NCBI GenBank assembly: GCA_002778465.1
Contig: PFBV01000001.1
Location: 4,150 to 68,149, forward strand
Direction of reading: 5' to 3'
Length of the DNA: 64,000 bases
From: Candidatus Magasanikbacteria bacterium CG10_big_fil_rev_8_21_14_0_10_36_32
Lineage (GTDB): Bacteria > Patescibacteriota > Patescibacteriia > Magasanikbacterales > GWA2-37-8
Part shown: positions 1 through 8,979 of the stretch, piece by piece
Layout: the number at the start of each line of letters is the position of its first letter
Position numbering within the stretch: the stretch's first letter is position 1
Program-made: the position numbers and the translations under genes
The notes under the pieces: model-generated
Told to the model about the DNA's origin: nothing
The model's database searches: none
The model's input: only the letters and a program-made list of their open reading frames with translations

Positions 1-358
1 CGGTAAACATTTGATTAGTTCACTTGAATCTCGTTTGGATAATGTTGTTTATCGCATGGGTTTGGGAAAATCTAGAATTTCTGCCCGTCAAATTGTTAGT
101 CATGGGCATATAATGGTTAATGGAAAGAAACTTGATGTTCCGTCAGCTCGTGTTAAAGTAGGTGATGTAGTTGCTTTACGCGAAGGTGCGAAAAATAAAA
201 AAGAATTTCAAGGAATTCTTGAAAAATTAGCAAAAGTTGAAGCTCCAGTTTGGTTAGGTTTGGATGCGAAAGTTGCCAGTGCCAAAGTTTTGAATACACC
301 TACGGCTGAAAATCCAATGTTCAACGCCAAGGTGATTATTGAGTTTTACTCACGCTAA
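1..358 (+). CDS. rpsD: 30S ribosomal protein S4, C-terminal part (5' end lies upstream of window)
   Basis: The in-frame translation from nt 2 reads GKHLISSLESRLDNVVYRMG...VSHGHIMVNGKKLDV. This matches the conserved S4 C-terminal region. The ORF runs off the window edge. Confidence 0.85.
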   Translation, partial: GKHLISSLESRLDNVVYRMGLGKSRISARQIVSHGHIMVNGKKLDVPSARVKVGDVVALREGAKNKKEFQGILEKLAKVEAPVWLGLDAKVASAKVLNTPTAENPMFNAKVIIEFYSR

Positions 359-375
359 AAATTAAATATAATTTT

Positions 376-1188
376 ATGGAAAATTTACTTTTACCGTCAA
401 AAGTTGAATTTCAACAGGGTGAGCAAGCAAATGCTGGCAGTATTGTTATTATGCCTTGTTATCACGGTTATGGTGCTACTTTGGGAAATGCTTTACGTAG
501 AGTATTGCTTTCTAGTTTACCGGGTGCGGCCGTTGAGTCATTTAAAATTAGAGGTGTACAACATGAATTTACCACTGTGGAAGGTGTAAAAGAAGATGTA
601 GTTGAGGTTATGTTGAATTTAAAACAATTAATCGTGAAGGTTTATGGAGATGAGCCTGTAGTGTTAAGTTTGTCCAAAAAAGGTCCAGGCGTAGTTACTG
701 CTGATGATTTTGAAGGAAATTCTAATGTAGAAATTTTTAATAAAGATTTAGTCATTGCCAATTTGACCAACAACAAAACTTTTGAACTGGAGGTCACAGT
801 TGGCAGTGGTCGCGGTTTTAAAGCGGCTGAAGAAAAAGATCGTCAAAATTTTGATCTCGGTACCATTATGGTTGATTCTATTTATACCCCGGTGCGCGAT
901 GTTGGTTATCATATTGAATTTGCTCGTGTTGGTGATATTACTAACTATGAAAAGTTGACTGTAAATATTGAAACAAACGGCACCATTACACCGAGTGAAG
1001 CCATGCGTCAAGCCACTCAAATTTTGATAGACCATTTTAATATTGTGTTATTAGCTTCACAGGAACAAAGCGGAAAAGATGGAGTTTCTCAGACCGAAGT
1101 GGCAGAAGAAGATGTGGTAGAAACAGAAACTGAACCAAAAACGAAGAAAACCAAAGCGGTTAAAGCAAAGAAAAAAACGAAAAAATAA
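376..1188 (+). CDS. rpoA: DNA-directed RNA polymerase subunit alpha (NTD only, Lys-rich tail, no recognisable alpha-CTD)
   Basis: ATG start. The N-terminal domain is alpha-subunit-like (GYGATLGNALRRVLLSSLPGAAV). The gene sits between rpsD and rplQ as in the canonical operon. It ends at 270 aa with a charged EE/KKTKK tail instead of a CTD. Confidence 0.85.
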   Translation: MENLLLPSKVEFQQGEQANAGSIVIMPCYHGYGATLGNALRRVLLSSLPGAAVESFKIRGVQHEFTTVEGVKEDVVEVMLNLKQLIVKVYGDEPVVLSLSKKGPGVVTADDFEGNSNVEIFNKDLVIANLTNNKTFELEVTVGSGRGFKAAEEKDRQNFDLGTIMVDSIYTPVRDVGYHIEFARVGDITNYEKLTVNIETNGTITPSEAMRQATQILIDHFNIVLLASQEQSGKDGVSQTEVAEEDVVETETEPKTKKTKAVKAKKKTKK

Positions 1189-1208
1189 AAAGATAATGCA
1201 GAAATTTT

Positions 1209-1559
1209 ATGAGACATTTAAATAAGAAGAAAACTTTAGACAGAAATAAAGCCGGACGCCGAGCCTTATTGGCTAATTTAGCAGAAAGTCTTATTTTATA
1301 TGAAAAAATTAAGACTACCAAAGCTAAAGCTAAAGCCGTTAAATCAGTAGTAGAAAAAATGGTTACTATTGCCAAAAAGAACACTTTGGCATCGCGTCGG
1401 GAATTAATCAAGAAACTTTATACTAAAAATGCGGTTCAAAAATTAATGGATGTATTGGGCCCTCGTTATGCCGAAAAAAAGGGCGGCTATACCCGGATGA
1501 TTGCATTAAAGAGCCGTATTGGCGATGGCGCCGAAGAATCGATTATTGAGTTTGTTTAA
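1209..1559 (+). CDS. rplQ: 50S ribosomal protein L17
   Basis: The protein (MRHLNKKKTLDRNKAGRRALLANLA...GGYTRMI) is a typical L17. Its position after rpoA is canonical. Confidence 0.9.
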   Translation: MRHLNKKKTLDRNKAGRRALLANLAESLILYEKIKTTKAKAKAVKSVVEKMVTIAKKNTLASRRELIKKLYTKNAVQKLMDVLGPRYAEKKGGYTRMIALKSRIGDGAEESIIEFV

Positions 1560-1576
1560 TTTAAGAGTGAAATAAT

Positions 1577-1927
1577 ATGGCACACAGAAAGAAATTTGAA
1601 ATTGACGCCGCCGGACAAGCTCCGGGTCGTTTAGCTACAAAAATAGCGACATTTTTAATGGGTAAACATAAACCGACTTATCGTCCGCATGTTGATAATG
1701 GTGATAAGGTGGTAATTTTAAATGTTTCTAAAATGATTTTTACCGGAAAAAAATTAGAACAAAAAGTGTATTATAAACATTCTATGCATCCGGGTGGTTT
1801 AAAAGAAACTCCGGCTAAAAAAATGATGAAAGAAAAACCGGAAGAAGTTTTAATTCATGCAGTAATGAGAATGTTACCAAAAAATAAATTGCGCACTCAG
1901 CGCATATTAAGAATTTCATTTAAATAA
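1577..1927 (+). CDS. rplM: 50S ribosomal protein L13
   Basis: The GRLATKIA..LMGKHKPTY.PHVDNGD motif is L13-like. It lies in the rplM-rpsI pair. An SD-like GAGTGA lies upstream. Confidence 0.9.
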   Translation: MAHRKKFEIDAAGQAPGRLATKIATFLMGKHKPTYRPHVDNGDKVVILNVSKMIFTGKKLEQKVYYKHSMHPGGLKETPAKKMMKEKPEEVLIHAVMRMLPKNKLRTQRILRISFK

Positions 1928-1936
1928 TAGGTTGTT

Positions 1937-2404
1937 ATGAAGAAAGCAGCGACTACAAAAAAATCCAAAACAGTTATTACCGCAGCGGTCAAGCCGGTTG
2001 TTAAAAAAACAGCAGCCAAAGATCAATCTCGTGCTGTCGGCAGACGCAAAAGAGCTTCGGCTCGCGTGAGAATAGAAAAAGGTAATGGTCAAATTACTGT
2101 TAACGGACAGCCGATGGCTAAATATTTTCCTTACTTTGAATTACAGGAAATGGTTTTGGCTCCGTTAAAAACTTTGGCCAAAGAGAAAGATTTAGATGTG
2201 TCTATTAAGGTGGTTGGTGGAGGAAAAAACGGCCAAGCCATATCAGCTCAACATGGTTTATCCAGAGCCTTAGTAAAATGGAATGAAGATTTTAAAAAGA
2301 CATTAAAAACTCAAGGATATTTGACTCGCGATCCGCGCGTTAAAGAAAGAAAGAAATTCGGTTTGAAAAGAGCCCGTCGTGCACCACAGTGGTCAAAACG
2401 TTAA
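1937..2404 (+). CDS. rpsI: 30S ribosomal protein S9 (with ~25-aa Lys-rich N-terminal extension)
   Basis: The C-terminal GLKRARRAPQWSKR and GGGKNGQA..A.HGLSRAL motifs are typical of S9. Confidence 0.9.
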   Translation: MKKAATTKKSKTVITAAVKPVVKKTAAKDQSRAVGRRKRASARVRIEKGNGQITVNGQPMAKYFPYFELQEMVLAPLKTLAKEKDLDVSIKVVGGGKNGQAISAQHGLSRALVKWNEDFKKTLKTQGYLTRDPRVKERKKFGLKRARRAPQWSKR

Positions 2405-2410
2405 GAAACC

Positions 2411-2440
2411 TCCCCTCGAAAAAATCGAGGGGATTTTTTT
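2411..2440 (+). terminator. Rho-independent terminator after rpsI
   Basis: A perfect 9-bp stem (tcccctcga / tcgagggga) with a 5-nt loop is followed by a T7 run, immediately after the rpsI stop. Confidence 0.7.
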
Positions 2441-2511
2441 AATTTTTTGTTTAATAAAAAACCCCACGTTTTAGCGCGAGGTATTCAGATTTCAAGAGGT
2501 AAAGTTTGTTT

Positions 2512-2727
2512 TTAGTCGATCGTTTCATAAAGAATAGCCATTCCTGATTCAAAAAAACCGTTTGATATGCCAGCGAAACCGGTTTTTGGTATCGGAAACA
2601 TCATCGGAATTATGCTGATTATGCGAATCTTATCCTGATTGCTTTTGAGCCAGTCGTTTATTTTTTGTTCCAACTTAGTTTCATTATTCGCACTATTGTC
2701 AGTTTTGAAAATTTTGGTTTGGCTCAT
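2512..2727 (-). CDS. hypothetical small protein (71 aa)
   Basis: The ORF has an SD-like AAAAGGGG 6 nt upstream of the ATG. I recognise no family. Confidence 0.35.
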   Translation of the reverse strand: MSQTKIFKTDNSANNETKLEQKINDWLKSNQDKIRIISIIPMMFPIPKTGFAGISNGFFESGMAILYETID

Positions 2728-2813
2728 TTTTACCCCTTTTGTTGTAGTGTGCTGCTTATAAACTACTACAAAATCTCTTAGTTGTCAATATGTGGTGGAA
2801 TTGGTGTTTTTTG

Positions 2814-2842
2814 TTGTTAAAATCGCGTTTTTACGGTATAAT
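2814..2842 (+). promoter_or_regulatory. sigma70-like promoter (TTGTTA-17-TATAAT) for the glycan-synthesis operon, giving a very short leader
   Basis: A -10 TATAAT (2837-2842) and -35 TTGTTA (2814-2819) with a 17-nt spacer. The ATG at 2857 is only 14 nt downstream of the -10. Confidence 0.45.
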
Positions 2843-2856
2843 CTAAACATAATAAT

Positions 2857-4311
2857 ATGTCATATTCTGTTGTAAAAAATACGTCATTTTTAACGGCGGC
2901 GTCAATTTTGCAAAAAATAATTTCTTTTGTTTATTTTACGGTTATTGCTCGAATAATCGGGGTGGGTGATACAGGACAATATTTTTTTGCCTTAACATTT
3001 ACGACAATTTTTACTGTGGTGGCGGATTTTGGTTTGGGACAAATTTTAATTAGAGAAACTGCCCGTTATCCTGAAAATTCTGAAAGAAATTTAAACACAG
3101 TTTTTTGGACTAAAGTAATTTTTGGCGCAGTAGCTTATTTGTTGGTAGTATTTTTTATTAATGTATTTAATTACGCGCCGGAAGTTAAACAATTGGTTTA
3201 TTTATCTGGAGTGACGATGTTTTTTGATAATTTACATGCTACTTTCTACGCTTTATTTCGAGCAAGAAAAAATTTATTTTATGAATCTGTTGGAGTGGTT
3301 GCTTCACAATTTTTGACTTTAACAATTGGTACCATTGCGTTGTTGATGCATTGGCCGTTAATTTGGTTGATTGTTGCTTATACAATACCAAGTTTTTTAA
3401 ATTTCTTGTACTCGGCTTATTTTGCTAGGCGTGTTTATAAATTGCATTATGGTTTTATTTGGGATAAAAATTTATTTAAAACATTTATTGTGTTAGCTGT
3501 GCCATTTGCCTTAGCTGGAATTATTGGTCGGTTATATTCTTATAGTGATTCATTGATAATGTCTAAAATGTTAAGTCGCGATGAATTGGGTTGGTGGAGT
3601 GTACCATACAAAATTACTTTCGCTTTTCAATTTATTCCGGTGGCATTGTCTGCCAGTATTTTTCCGGTGATGAGCGGATTATATTTACAAAGTAAAGAAA
3701 AAATTGGGCAATTATTTCAAAAATCATGGCATTATCTTTTTATCATTATTTTTCCACTATCCTTTGGTTTGTTTGTTTTAGCTGATCCGATTATTACTAA
3801 AATTTACAAGCCGGAATATTTGCCGTCAGTGCCGGTTTTGCGTGTTTTAATAATTAGTTTGATTTTTGGTTTTTTAAGTTTTATTACCGGCGCATTATTG
3901 AATGCTTCCAATCGTCAAAAAGTTCAGACAATATTAGTGGCGGTTGCTTTGGTTGTTAATATTGTTATTAATGTTATTTTATTGCCAAGAATTGGAATAA
4001 TCGGCGCAGCTTTTGCCGCTTTGACCGGTAATATTATCTTGTGTTTTGGAGGTATTTATTTTGCCGGACAATTTGCTGCTTTAGATTTTAAAAGAATTTT
4101 TATTTCAATTAACCAAACATTGTGGCCGGCTTTGATTATGGCAGCCGCGGTTTATTACTTGTCATCAAGGATTAATTATTTAGTTACTATACCGATTGGC
4201 GCGGTTTTGTATTTTGTATTGCTGTTTGTTACGGGCGGCTTAAACAAAGCAATGATTTTAGAAGCAAAACAAAAAATTTTAGTAAAATCTAATCCAATGT
4301 CAGTTTTGTAA
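2857..4311 (+). CDS. polysaccharide biosynthesis flippase (MOP/Wzx-like), ~14 TM
   Basis: A 484-aa polytopic membrane protein with MATE/Wzx-like architecture. It is followed by two glycosyltransferases. Confidence 0.75.
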   Translation: MSYSVVKNTSFLTAASILQKIISFVYFTVIARIIGVGDTGQYFFALTFTTIFTVVADFGLGQILIRETARYPENSERNLNTVFWTKVIFGAVAYLLVVFFINVFNYAPEVKQLVYLSGVTMFFDNLHATFYALFRARKNLFYESVGVVASQFLTLTIGTIALLMHWPLIWLIVAYTIPSFLNFLYSAYFARRVYKLHYGFIWDKNLFKTFIVLAVPFALAGIIGRLYSYSDSLIMSKMLSRDELGWWSVPYKITFAFQFIPVALSASIFPVMSGLYLQSKEKIGQLFQKSWHYLFIIIFPLSFGLFVLADPIITKIYKPEYLPSVPVLRVLIISLIFGFLSFITGALLNASNRQKVQTILVAVALVVNIVINVILLPRIGIIGAAFAALTGNIILCFGGIYFAGQFAALDFKRIFISINQTLWPALIMAAAVYYLSSRINYLVTIPIGAVLYFVLLFVTGGLNKAMILEAKQKILVKSNPMSVL

Positions 4312-4339
4312 ATAATTAAATTAAAAATTTTTATTGAGT

Positions 4340-5449
4340 ATGTCTAAAATATTAATAGTTTCATTGGAATATCCGCCACAAGTCGGAGGAATAGCGTCAT
4401 ATGTGCAGAATTTTGCAGCTCATCTCCCACTGGAATCAGTTGTTATTTATGCTCCGAAAATTAAAGGTGATTATGATTATGATGTTAAAAATCCTTGGAA
4501 AGTGTACCGTCGGAGTCCATATTGGTTTTTGTGGCCGCGGTGGTTAAGGATGTTGTGGCAATTAAACATTATAATTAAAAAAGAAAAAATTGAAAAAATT
4601 TATATTCAGCATGCCTTACCTGTTGGATATGTTGCGTATTTAATTAAAAAAATAAAGAAAATTCCTTATATTGTATTTTTTCATGGCACTGATTTAACTT
4701 TGGGTTTAACAAAAAAAGTTCACAAATTATCTTTAGTTTGCCGTTCAGCTGAGCAGGTGATTGTTAGTAGTAATTTTTTAAAAACAAAATTACTGTCTAA
4801 ATTAGATGATTTGAAAAATGTAAAAGTCATAAATCCGTGTCCCGGCGATTTGTTTTTGCAACCGATAAATCAGGAAGAAGTGGACAAAATAAAAAGTCAG
4901 TTGGCTTTATCTGGCAAAAAAGTTATCATAAGCGTGTCACGATTGGCTGATGGCAAGGGTTTTCCGCATTTAATTAGAGTTATGCCGGATATTTTACGTA
5001 AGGTTCCTAACTTGGTTTGGCTGATAGTCGGCGATGGTCCTAAACGAGAAGCCATTGTTAATTTGGTTCAACAGTATAAATTACAAAATGTCGTTAGATT
5101 TATCGGACAAATTAATTATGAAGAATTACCAAAATTTTATCATCTAGCTGATTTATTTGTTTTGTTGACCCACAAAGACGAAACAACGGAAGAAGGTTGG
5201 GGGACAGTGTTTTTAGAGGCAGCCGCCTGTGGTTTGCCTGTAGTAGCCGGAAAAGTTGGTGGAGTAGATGAAACCATTGAACATTCAAGAACAGGAATTT
5301 TAGTTGATATTTATCAGGGCGCAAATGTGGCTGCCAGTATAGCTGATATTTTATTGGATGAAGATTTTGCTGGGCAAATGGGCTTGGCCGGACGAGAGAG
5401 AGTATTAAATGAGTTTACTTGGGAAAAGCAAATAGCTAAGATTGGTTGA
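4340..5449 (+). CDS. glycosyltransferase family 4 (GT-B)
   Basis: Carries the EAAACGLPVVAGKVGGVDETIE (E-x7-E-like GT4) motif. ATG at 4340; the track start at 4334 is TTG. Confidence 0.8.
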   Translation: MSKILIVSLEYPPQVGGIASYVQNFAAHLPLESVVIYAPKIKGDYDYDVKNPWKVYRRSPYWFLWPRWLRMLWQLNIIIKKEKIEKIYIQHALPVGYVAYLIKKIKKIPYIVFFHGTDLTLGLTKKVHKLSLVCRSAEQVIVSSNFLKTKLLSKLDDLKNVKVINPCPGDLFLQPINQEEVDKIKSQLALSGKKVIISVSRLADGKGFPHLIRVMPDILRKVPNLVWLIVGDGPKREAIVNLVQQYKLQNVVRFIGQINYEELPKFYHLADLFVLLTHKDETTEEGWGTVFLEAAACGLPVVAGKVGGVDETIEHSRTGILVDIYQGANVAASIADILLDEDFAGQMGLAGRERVLNEFTWEKQIAKIG

Positions 5450-6189
5450 TTATCGCGAAAAATAATATGAATAATAAGTTAATTAGTATAATAATTCCGG
5501 TATATAATCACGCTCATACATTAAAGCGAAGCCTTGATTGTGTTTTTCGTCAAACATATCGTCCGTTGGAAGTTGTAATTGTGAATGATGGCAGTACGGA
5601 CAATTTTGGTCCGACCATTAGAACCATAATGATGACTCGTTTATCTAAAACTGTGAATATAAAAATAATTAATCAGGAAAATCGCGGAGCGCCGTCCGCT
5701 AAAAATATTGGATTTACACAGTCACACGGTGATTATGTTATTTTTTGGGATGCTGACACGATAGCTGAGCCGGTTATGTTGGAAAAAATGGTTGGGGTTT
5801 TAGAAAAAAATCCGTCTGCCAGTTATGTTTACTGTGATTATAAATTTGGTTGGAAAAAAATGCCAGGACAAAGGTTTGATCCAACACAATTAAAACTTTT
5901 TAATTATATTGATACTACTTCTTTGTTGCGGCGGGAAGATTTTGTGTTGTTTGATGAACAACTGAAAAAATTTCAAGATTGGGATATGTGGTTGACATTA
6001 TTAAGTAAAGGCAAAGTTGGTGTATGGTTGCCAGAAATGTTGTATAAAAAAATAGTGGCAGGTCGAGATGGTATAAGCAGTTGGTTGCCAAGTTTTTTTT
6101 ATAAATTACCTTGGAAGACGAAAGCAGTTAAGAAATATGAAGAGGCGCGTCGGAAGATTGTTTCCAAGCATCATTTGATGCCGCTATAG
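5446..6189 (+). CDS. glycosyltransferase family 2
   Basis: ISIIIPVYNHAHTLKRSLDCV...VVIVNDGSTDN is the classic GT2 N-terminus. The likely ATG is at 5467 (TTG at 5446). Confidence 0.8.
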   Translation: MIIAKNNMNNKLISIIIPVYNHAHTLKRSLDCVFRQTYRPLEVVIVNDGSTDNFGPTIRTIMMTRLSKTVNIKIINQENRGAPSAKNIGFTQSHGDYVIFWDADTIAEPVMLEKMVGVLEKNPSASYVYCDYKFGWKKMPGQRFDPTQLKLFNYIDTTSLLRREDFVLFDEQLKKFQDWDMWLTLLSKGKVGVWLPEMLYKKIVAGRDGISSWLPSFFYKLPWKTKAVKKYEEARRKIVSKHHLMPL

Positions 6190-7558
6190 TTGTTATTAGC
6201 ATGATACCAAAGACATGAAAAAGTGCTGGTGAAGTGATGTTAATAATAAGTAAAGCAATAATCATTGATAAAATAACCGGACCATTTTTGTTCGGTTTTT
6301 TTATAATATCGCGAATTAATAACACGATTAAAAATAACCACAATGACAAACCAATCAATCCGCTTTCAGCCGTAATTTCCAGATATCCCCAGTCAAAGTG
6401 AGGGGTGGTTATTTCTTTATTAAATATAGGGCTAAAGACAGTGACTGTGTCACCAAGTCCTAAACCAAAAATTGAATCCGGAATGATTATTTTTTCAATA
6501 ATTTTTGGTAAGAGAAGCATTCTGGACAGTGAACTGTCTTCAATTTGCGGCGCTGTGATACTTTGGAGACGTAGGCCAAAAAATTCCCAACCTAGATTTT
6601 GTCCGCGGCTAGTAATTAGATGTAGAGCAGTAAAAATGATAAAGATTGAAATTAAAGAAACAGATATTATCTTAACTGTTCGACGCCAATTTGTTTTCCA
6701 AAATAAAATTCCTAATCCAATTATTAAAGCCAAGTAATAAATTCTCGTTAGGTTAACAGCCATAATTGCGGCGGCAGAAGAAATTACCAGCAGGTTTAAT
6801 CGTTCTTTTTTAAAAATTTGTTTTCCGGCAAATAAAACAAATAGGGGGATCAATAATAATTGTTCGTTTAAGACTATTCTGAAATAACCCAGCCCGACGT
6901 CGGTTATTTTACCTGTAGCCACATCGCGTAACCAATGATAATAGTGATCTTGCAATACGAATATTCCACTGGAAAAACCAGCTAAAGTGAATAATGTAAA
7001 CGCGACATTTCCTATTATGGCCGATACAACCATTGTTAAACCGATAGAGCGGAATTTTTTATTTGTAATAATCTCTTTTAGGGGATAAAAGTACAATATA
7101 AAGCAGTAGGGGATGAAGTCGGATATTACCAAGGTGGGCGAGTGCTTATTTATAATGCCCAGCATAGCTGATAAAACAGCCCAGATAAACAAAGATAAAA
7201 TTAAAATATTGATAGGTTGTCGCAAATTAAATGTTTGTGAGATTTTTTTTTCTTTTATAATTCTAGTAAAGAATATTATTATTGCGAGAATTAGCAATAC
7301 CGATCTCAAAGATAAAGGTTCTAAAGATAAAATATTTCCACTACCGCACAAAATGATTTCTCCGGCAATAATTAGCCAGCCGCGAATATCATTTTTAATT
7401 AAAAAATATGCGGTTAGAACAGCAACAATTGCGGCTATAGCCGTATTTACACAAGAAGCCGTCCACAGAGGTGTGGAGGGATTAAAAAAATAAGAAAACA
7501 GTCGGATGGCAAAATAAATTAGAGTAAAATAAAATATATTTTTAGATTTTATGTTCAT
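6128..7558 (-). CDS. O-antigen ligase/polymerase-like polytopic membrane protein
   Basis: A multi-TM protein convergent with the GT2 gene. A start at Met-14 (7558) avoids overlap with fmt. Wzy/WaaL-like is called from topology and context only. Confidence 0.55.
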   Translation of the reverse strand: MNIKSKNIFYFTLIYFAIRLFSYFFNPSTPLWTASCVNTAIAAIVAVLTAYFLIKNDIRGWLIIAGEIILCGSGNILSLEPLSLRSVLLILAIIIFFTRIIKEKKISQTFNLRQPINILILSLFIWAVLSAMLGIINKHSPTLVISDFIPYCFILYFYPLKEIITNKKFRSIGLTMVVSAIIGNVAFTLFTLAGFSSGIFVLQDHYYHWLRDVATGKITDVGLGYFRIVLNEQLLLIPLFVLFAGKQIFKKERLNLLVISSAAAIMAVNLTRIYYLALIIGLGILFWKTNWRRTVKIISVSLISIFIIFTALHLITSRGQNLGWEFFGLRLQSITAPQIEDSSLSRMLLLPKIIEKIIIPDSIFGLGLGDTVTVFSPIFNKEITTPHFDWGYLEITAESGLIGLSLWLFLIVLLIRDIIKKPNKNGPVILSMIIALLIINITSPALFHVFGIMLITTIAASNDAWKQSSDAPLHIS

Positions 7559-7559
7559 G

Positions 7560-8486
7560 TTATTGTAAAATTTTTTCATTAATATCACGCATGCCATTTA
7601 AAAATTCCGCGGCTGGTAAGTTATTTCTCCCTTCCAATTGCGCTGACAATATTTCAATTGTAGAATTTTGACCGCAACCCGCGTAAATATGATTGCCACT
7701 AATTAATATTTCCCCCGGTTTTAAATTTTTTGCTGCAGTTTTGGTGATTTTAGTTAATTTTATTCTTTTATCATCAATTGTTGTCCATATTCCTGGCCAA
7801 GGCTGAAGTCCGCGATATTGATTGTAAATTGATTCTGAATTATTTGTAAAATTAATTCGACCGTCGTCACGAGTAAATATTTTGCAAAAAGTTGCTTGAG
7901 TTTCATCTTGTATTTGCGGTTCAATTTGTTTAGCCAGCCATTTTTTCACAGTGTTTAATAATTGAGGAATGGCCATTGTGGCCAGTTTTTCACTTACTAA
8001 AGGACAAGTGTCATCTGGTTCAATTGATATTTTTGTTTGTGAAAGAATTGGTCCGTGATCCATTTTTTTATCCATTAGCATTATGGTTATGCCGGTGATT
8101 TTTTCTCCGTTGATTAAGGCTGTTTGGATAGGGGAAGCGCCGCGATACTTTGGCAGTAAAGAAGTGTGAATATTCAAACTTTTATTTGCGGGAATATTTA
8201 ACACTGCTTCAGGAATTATTAATCCATATTGGCAAACTACATTCAAATCAATTTCGTTTAAAATAGACAAATCAAAATTTTGTTTAAGTGATTCCGGTTG
8301 GATAATTTTTAATTTATGTTGCTTGGCTATGATTTTTACTGGCGACTCCTCAATTATTTGTTTTCGACCAACTTTTTTGTCCGGTTGAGTGATTACCAAA
8401 TCAACAGAGTAATCCGTATTATTTAGCAGGGCTGTTAAAATTTTTCCAGCAAATTCACCTGTGCCAAAAAAGGCTATTTTCATCAT
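7560..8486 (-). CDS. fmt: methionyl-tRNA formyltransferase
   Basis: Carries the HTSLLPKYRGASPIQ motif. The fmt-def pair shares a 4-nt overlap. Confidence 0.9.
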   Translation of the reverse strand: MMKIAFFGTGEFAGKILTALLNNTDYSVDLVITQPDKKVGRKQIIEESPVKIIAKQHKLKIIQPESLKQNFDLSILNEIDLNVVCQYGLIIPEAVLNIPANKSLNIHTSLLPKYRGASPIQTALINGEKITGITIMLMDKKMDHGPILSQTKISIEPDDTCPLVSEKLATMAIPQLLNTVKKWLAKQIEPQIQDETQATFCKIFTRDDGRINFTNNSESIYNQYRGLQPWPGIWTTIDDKRIKLTKITKTAAKNLKPGEILISGNHIYAGCGQNSTIEILSAQLEGRNNLPAAEFLNGMRDINEKILQ

Positions 8487-8974
8487 AGTTGTATTAAGTC
8501 AGCTTGGCGTAATTTTTTGGCTTTTTCAATAAAGAGTATGCCATTTAAGTGATCAATTTCGTGTTGGAGAATGCGGGCAAAATAATCTTCGGCCGGAAAT
8601 TCCATTTTTTCACCCCTGATATTTTGTCCGTATACTTTTATTTTTTTATAGCGTTTTACTTCTCCAAAAATATTCGGCACGGACAAACATCCTTCGTCAT
8701 CAATAGTTTTTTGTAATGACATTTTTTCCCACTCAGGATTTATTAATATTAAATCAGTTTTTTGATTGGGAGTATATTTTTTGGCAATAACGCAGATAGC
8801 CAGTGATTGTCCAATTTGCGGCGCGGCCAAACCAACGCCGTCTTTAGCGTACATTGTTTCAATCATGTTCGTGGTTAATTTTTTTATATCTGGACTGCCA
8901 AATCGGTCCGCTGACAATGAAGCGGATTTTTTATGTAATATTTCGTTTGGGTCAGTTACGATATCTAGAATCAT
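8483..8974 (-). CDS. def: peptide deformylase
   Basis: Contains GVGLAAPQIG, EGCLSVP and HEIDHLNG, the three PDF motifs. Confidence 0.9.
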   Translation of the reverse strand: MILDIVTDPNEILHKKSASLSADRFGSPDIKKLTTNMIETMYAKDGVGLAAPQIGQSLAICVIAKKYTPNQKTDLILINPEWEKMSLQKTIDDEGCLSVPNIFGEVKRYKKIKVYGQNIRGEKMEFPAEDYFARILQHEIDHLNGILFIEKAKKLRQADLIQL

Positions 8975-8979
8975 ATGTT

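Noticed and set aside
404-1411. Alternative-frame and antisense ORFs inside rpoA/rplQ (404..589, 748..1035, 1160..1411).
   Set aside because: They are embedded in well-supported ribosomal/RNAP genes. They are low-complexity or hydrophobic by chance in AT-rich DNA.
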